Under the pieces are notes generated by a model. That model was not told where the DNA came from. It saw only the letters and a program-made list of their open reading frames with translations, and made no database searches. This document shows, one piece after another, positions 32,934-36,835 of a stretch of DNA of 36,835 nt (the first letter of the stretch is position 1; each line of letters opens with the position of its first letter). The DNA comes from a virus. Its lineage: Duplodnaviria > Caudoviricetes. The DNA lies in the IMG/VR virus record IMGVR_UViG_3300048578_000320, positions 1-36,835 of that record. One strand, written 5' to 3'. A program made the position numbers and the translations under genes.

Positions 32934-35168
32934 TCACCGGGCCGGCACTCCTTGAGCCGAAGCGTTGGCGCGCTCCGGCTCAAATCTTTTTTGCATGGCC
33001 TTGAACTGGGCCGTCTGCTGGTAGCCCACAAACCAGCGTCGGTCTGCTTCGTCGGCGATGGGCATCCCATCCAGGACAAGCGCTTCCAGGGCTTTCCATT
33101 CGCGGTAGTTGGTCTCCGGCGGGAACTGGGTGCGGTCCTTGCGCAGCTGGGCCACCTTGGGCTCCGACGCGGGCGCAGCGGGTTGTTCCTGGGCTGGTTC
33201 GGTAACGGTTGCCGGCTGGGTGGCGTTACGGCGGGCAGCGAAGGCGGCCAGCTCGGGCGGCAGAGCCGAGACGGGCTCTTCGATCCGCACGGACACGCTC
33301 TCGATGGCCGCCCGGTCGATGGTGCCCAGGCCGGGGATAACGATGCTCTCGGCCTGCTCCAGGGCGGGGCGACCACGGCGCTCCAGTTCGATCTCTTCCC
33401 ACTTCGCATCCAGCCGCTTCTGCCGACCATCGGCCCGGCGTTCCCGGGCCTGCTCGACCTGGGACATGGGGAAGTAGTCACGGCTGTTGCCGTTCCATTC
33501 GGCCTTGCAGATCAGACGGCCGTCTTCGTCATAGACCCAGACCCATTGGCCGTCGTGGATGTCGTAGGCCACTTGCACGGTGTCGCCGTGGAACTCGGTG
33601 AGGTCGCGGGAGAAGTAACGGTAGCCGCCGAAGGCGACCTCGCCGCGCTGTGCGACCCGAGCCACCCGAGGGCGGTACAGCGTCTCGGCTTCGTCTCCGG
33701 TCAGCATCAGAGGCTCCCAGCCTGCCGCCCGGTGCTGGGCCAGCATTTCGTTGGGGCTCATGTGCCGCCGCTTGCCGGCAGCGTCTGTGATCTTGGGCAG
33801 GCTGCGGTGGGGGCGGTCGTTGTACTCGGCGATGCGCTCGTTGCAGAAGGCGATGAAGTCGGCCCAGCCGATCAGGGGTATGGCGCCGCCGTTCTTGATG
33901 GCCTTGCGGGTGATCTTGAAGATGGCCAGCTTGGCTTCCCGGTCCATCTTGGCGCCCATGTAGCTTTCGAGCTTTTGCGCGGCACTGACCCAGACCGTTT
34001 TGTGCAGGCGCTCGATAACGCCCCGGGCCTGGGAGTTGTAGGGCAGGGAGTGGCAGACCTGGAAGCCCAGGCGCCCCTTGAGGCCTACGCCTTCGTCCTT
34101 GATCAGGTCGTTGTCGTAACCGGAACCGTTATCGACGTAGAAGATGGCCGGCAGACCGTTACTGCGGCCGGCGTCGGCCAGGGCTTCCACCACCACCAGG
34201 GCGCCTTCTGCCAGGCCGATGGAGTAACCGACAATGCGGCGGGTGCCGACGTCGGCAATTGAGGTGACTTCCGGCCGGAAGGGGCGGCCGTGGTAGGGGT
34301 GCTGCACTTCGGCGTCAAAGCAATGGCCGTCCGCCGTCCAGACATCGTTGGGCAGCAGCTTGTCGAAGGCCCGGCGCACGAAGGGCTGAATGTTCTTCAG
34401 CTCACGGTCACCCATGCGGCCCCGTTCCCGGGTGACGGCACCCATCTTGTCGAGGAAGCGGCGCACCTGGTGGATGCTGGGCAGATCGTCCCGCTTCACT
34501 TCCTTGCAGAAGTCCTTGTAGGCCTCGGCCACAGATGGCTTCTGGGGGCGCTGGTAGTAGGAGAGGAAGGCCGGCGCCCACTCCGGCACGGACATGTCCT
34601 TGACCGGCACCTTGGGGGTGAGGTCTTGGGCGGCCAGCCAGCGCTGCAGGGTGCGGGCGGAGGGATAGGGGCTTTCGCTCTTGCGGCCCCGCTTGTCCTT
34701 GGCCAGCCGCAGCATGGCATCCAGGGTGGAGTCCAGACGTCCGGATCCGGCATTGGTCAGCAGGGTGACGATGGCCGCCTCCAGGCTGCACCTGGATTCG
34801 CCCTGCAGGCGCTCGATGGCCAGGCGAACACCGTTCCGGGCATCCCGTTCCAGGCGCTGGGCATCGGTCAGCAACGAAAAAGGCACCGCCGGGGAAGCAA
34901 GGGGGAGGACTCCCCCGGCAGTGGCCGGCAAAAAGGAGCCGGCATCCTGGAGAACCTTGTCCATGACCTTGCTCTGGACGGCCTTGCGCACGTCGGCGGG
35001 GAGCTGATTCAGGGGGTAGAGACGCTTGGTCCCGCCGCGCCCCGTTCTTTCCTCAAAGGGCCAGCCCTCTTTCTCTGCGCGCCGGAGAACGTTGGTTCTG
35101 TGCAGGCCCATGGCGTGGGCAATGTCAGCCACAGCGAACGTCTGAGCTATAGGTGTGGGGGCGTTCAT
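32934..35168 (-). CDS. muA: MuA-like DDE transposase
   Basis: N-terminal Mu DNA-binding domain (RRAEKEGW..GRGG); D (WTADGH), D (YVDNGSG), E (GVIERLH); YNDRPHRSL; VAYDIHD. Confidence 0.96.
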   Translation of the reverse strand: MNAPTPIAQTFAVADIAHAMGLHRTNVLRRAEKEGWPFEERTGRGGTKRLYPLNQLPADVRKAVQSKVMDKVLQDAGSFLPATAGGVLPLASPAVPFSLLTDAQRLERDARNGVRLAIERLQGESRCSLEAAIVTLLTNAGSGRLDSTLDAMLRLAKDKRGRKSESPYPSARTLQRWLAAQDLTPKVPVKDMSVPEWAPAFLSYYQRPQKPSVAEAYKDFCKEVKRDDLPSIHQVRRFLDKMGAVTRERGRMGDRELKNIQPFVRRAFDKLLPNDVWTADGHCFDAEVQHPYHGRPFRPEVTSIADVGTRRIVGYSIGLAEGALVVVEALADAGRSNGLPAIFYVDNGSGYDNDLIKDEGVGLKGRLGFQVCHSLPYNSQARGVIERLHKTVWVSAAQKLESYMGAKMDREAKLAIFKITRKAIKNGGAIPLIGWADFIAFCNERIAEYNDRPHRSLPKITDAAGKRRHMSPNEMLAQHRAAGWEPLMLTGDEAETLYRPRVARVAQRGEVAFGGYRYFSRDLTEFHGDTVQVAYDIHDGQWVWVYDEDGRLICKAEWNGNSRDYFPMSQVEQARERRADGRQKRLDAKWEEIELERRGRPALEQAESIVIPGLGTIDRAAIESVSVRIEEPVSALPPELAAFAARRNATQPATVTEPAQEQPAAPASEPKVAQLRKDRTQFPPETNYREWKALEALVLDGMPIADEADRRWFVGYQQTAQFKAMQKRFEPERANASAQGVPAR

Positions 35169-35611
35169 GCGCTTTCCCCCAACAGTCTCTTGAGGGTTTT
35201 TTCTTGCTGGGCAAGCTCGTCCTTCATCCGGCTAACCTTGCCGAGTTGGGCTTCCAGGGCTTCCCGGCCTACGGAAAGGCGGGCGCCTCGCAGGTCAGCC
35301 AACCAGGCGGTAATGGCATGGGTTTCCAGGACGACTTCCAGAGCCGGCATGTATTCCAGGGGAAATCGCCAGCCTTCGCGGCTCTCGGCAGTCCAGGAGT
35401 CCAGCTGGTTCTTGGTGATTTCGTGGCCGACTAACTCGGACATCTTTGCCGCCACTTCGTAGCGGTTCAGAGGCGAGGCCTTGAGCAGATCGGAGATCAG
35501 GCTCCGCAGCTGCTGACCGATAAGAAGGGCTCCGGGCCGGGGGGAAACCGGCGTTGGCACCTCGAATAGGTCCATGGTCAGGTTGTCAGCAGGCCGGCGT
35601 GGCATGTTCAC
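35165..35611 (-). CDS. Conserved Mu-like early protein between ner and A
   Basis: RYEVAAKMSEL..ITKNQLDSWTAESRE.WRFP; coupled to both neighbours. Confidence 0.8.
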   Translation of the reverse strand: MNMPRRPADNLTMDLFEVPTPVSPRPGALLIGQQLRSLISDLLKASPLNRYEVAAKMSELVGHEITKNQLDSWTAESREGWRFPLEYMPALEVVLETHAITAWLADLRGARLSVGREALEAQLGKVSRMKDELAQQEKTLKRLLGESA

Positions 35612-35937
35612 GCAGCCTTACGTGCATTGCCATTGCGCCCGGTAACGGCTCGGGTACACTTCTTTTGCTGCAAAACTCGGAATCCCTGGGGCTTCCGGGT
35701 TCCGTCTTCGTTGTACCGGCTCGGCCAGATTTCCTTGGGGTGCAGTCCCAGGGCGTCGGCGATCCGTTTCTCATTGAGGGGATAGCTACGCACCAGCGCG
35801 GCCGAAAACGTTGAACTGCTGGTCAGTCCATGTTCGGCAGCGATGCTCGTAAGGGTTTTACCCGCCTTGTGAAGGGCGGCTTTGATGTCAGCAGGGTGCC
35901 AGTCTTGACTGGTATTTTTATTGCAGTTCGTTGCCAT
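35608..35937 (-). CDS. ner: Ner/Nlp-family transcription regulator
   Basis: DWHPADIKAALHKAG...IADALGLHPKEIWPSRY. Confidence 0.93.
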   Translation of the reverse strand: MATNCNKNTSQDWHPADIKAALHKAGKTLTSIAAEHGLTSSSTFSAALVRSYPLNEKRIADALGLHPKEIWPSRYNEDGTRKPQGFRVLQQKKCTRAVTGRNGNARKAA

Positions 35938-35972
35938 GTTTTGCACCGCGTCGTGGTTGTGCGATGGATGGC

Positions 35973-36001
35973 ATTACACAGAACTATTGTTCTGCTGTCA
36001 A
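35973..36001 (-). promoter_or_regulatory. Early promoter (Pe-like) with palindromic operator in the spacer
   Basis: TTGACA-17 nt-TGTAAT; spacer contains CAGAAC-N4-GTTCTG (35979-35994). Confidence 0.8.
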
Positions 36002-36024
36002 CGTGGTTGACGCAGTATTTTTCT

Positions 36025-36139
36025 GCGCACAGCTTTGGAGAGGTCACTTTTTTATGCACGTACCGCTGAAATCATCTTGTAGAGCGGGTTTTGCGGAAGT
36101 TGTGCGCCATGTGACGTGCACAGCTTCTGTGCACATCTT
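36025..36139. repeat. Four copies of GYGCACANCTT (candidate operator/transposition-enhancer sites)
   Basis: 36025-36035 (+), 36097-36107 (-), 36116-36126 (+), 36129-36139 (+). Confidence 0.7.
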
Positions 36140-36160
36140 GATCTCTGAAAGTGGTGCGCA

Positions 36161-36835
36161 ATGATGATCTCTGACAGGCTAAAGGCTGCACGGGCTGCCC
36201 TTGGGCTTTCTCAAAGGGAGATTGCAGCAAAATCTGGCGTGTCCGCTCGTGGGTATCAGGGATATGAAGATGGCCGGAGCGTTCCGGGGGGAGACGCTCT
36301 GACAGGGTTGGCCAGTCTGGGAATAAACGTTAACTGGCTACTCACCGGAGACGGAGAAATGCTGCGGGCAGAAGGGAATGAGGAGCGAGGCGCTCCTCCG
36401 CCAAATGAAGGTTATGTAGCGGTCCCGCTCTACAACGGCGTCCGCGCAGCGGCTGGTCATGGTGCCGTGGTGGAGCATGAGGCCCCAGACGATGCCCTGA
36501 TGTTCAAAGAGGATTGGATACGCTTTGAGCTGGGCACTAGGCCAGAAGACCTACGCCTGATAAGGGTTTCAGGGGACTCCATGGAGCCGACGCTCCGCTC
36601 GGGCGACGTGATCCTGATCGACCACAGCGCCACCCGGCCAGACCGTGAGGGCATCTACATCCTGCGCATGGATGGGATGCTCTTGGTTAAGCGTGTTCAG
36701 GCGATGCCGGGCGGCATCCTGAATATCTCCAGCGATAACGCAGCCTTCGCCCCATGGCAGCTCACACGGGCCGACCTAGAGGGCTCGGACGTGTGCATCG
36801 TTGGGCGCGTTGTATGGGCCGGCCGCCGGTTCTGA
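36161..36835 (+). CDS. cI: CI-like repressor, XRE HTH plus S24 autopeptidase
   Basis: RLKAAR..LSQREIA..YEDG HTH; AAG cleavage site; VSGDSMEP (Ser); LVKR (Lys); divergent from ner. Confidence 0.93.
   Translation: MMISDRLKAARAALGLSQREIAAKSGVSARGYQGYEDGRSVPGGDALTGLASLGINVNWLLTGDGEMLRAEGNEERGAPPPNEGYVAVPLYNGVRAAAGHGAVVEHEAPDDALMFKEDWIRFELGTRPEDLRLIRVSGDSMEPTLRSGDVILIDHSATRPDREGIYILRMDGMLLVKRVQAMPGGILNISSDNAAFAPWQLTRADLEGSDVCIVGRVVWAGRRF

Larger units (their letters stand above)
1..36835 (-). mobile_element. Mu-like transposable prophage with non-contractile tail (termini outside window)
   Basis: Mu gene order c/ner/A/B/gam/gemA/mor/lysis/gp25-29/F/G/I/capsid/gp36/gp37/tail/com/modification gene; DDE transposase plus AAA ATPase; no sheath gene. 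Confidence 0.97.

Noticed and set aside
27610-35462. Long + strand ORFs (27610-29154, 32952-34262, 34290-35462; similarly 18798-20027, 21133-22374)
   Set aside because: Antisense shadows of high-GC coding genes, with no motifs or start signals
35979-35994. Host LexA box (GAAC-N4-GTTC)
   Set aside because: That consensus belongs to Gram-positive-type LexA; the phage has spanins and a proteobacterial character, so a phage operator is more likely
1-36835. Mu ends, CRISPR array, tRNA genes
   Set aside because: The window is trimmed at terminal stop codons so the ends are not included; no regularly spaced repeats or canonical tRNA cloverleaf noticed by eye

Overview
The window is an essentially complete Mu-like (transposable) prophage of high GC content, probably from a betaproteobacterial host (inferred from protein style only). 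It is cut exactly at the stop codons of its two outermost genes, so the TG...CA phage ends are not visible. Nearly all genes are on the minus strand. From the right end: S24-type cI repressor (+ strand) and divergent ner; MuA DDE transposase and MuB ATPase; an accessory early region (gam, rdgC, HU, ASCH-like protein, gemA); one Mor/C-family activator; lysis genes (SAR endolysin, overlapping spanins, TraR/DksA finger); terminase, portal, gpF, gpG, protease/scaffold, capsid and neck; a sheath-less (siphovirus-type) tail with tape measure and an unusual distal module; and com plus a Dam-family methyltransferase in place of mom. No Gin/invertible segment and no recognisable tail fibre are present. 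The most notable features not captured by the ORF track are: (1) two adjacent structured non-coding elements upstream of com, plus a hairpin hiding the methyltransferase start; (2) a major capsid gene with a 48-residue hydrophobic N-terminal extension; (3) three copies of a 45-bp late-promoter motif, two of which predict leaderless mRNAs and one of which reveals a hidden 59-aa Cys protein; (4) an SD-stimulated -1 frameshift in the tail chaperone; (5) a small antisense membrane ORF sharing a CATG with the tape-measure start. All family calls come from motif recognition and synteny, not database searches.
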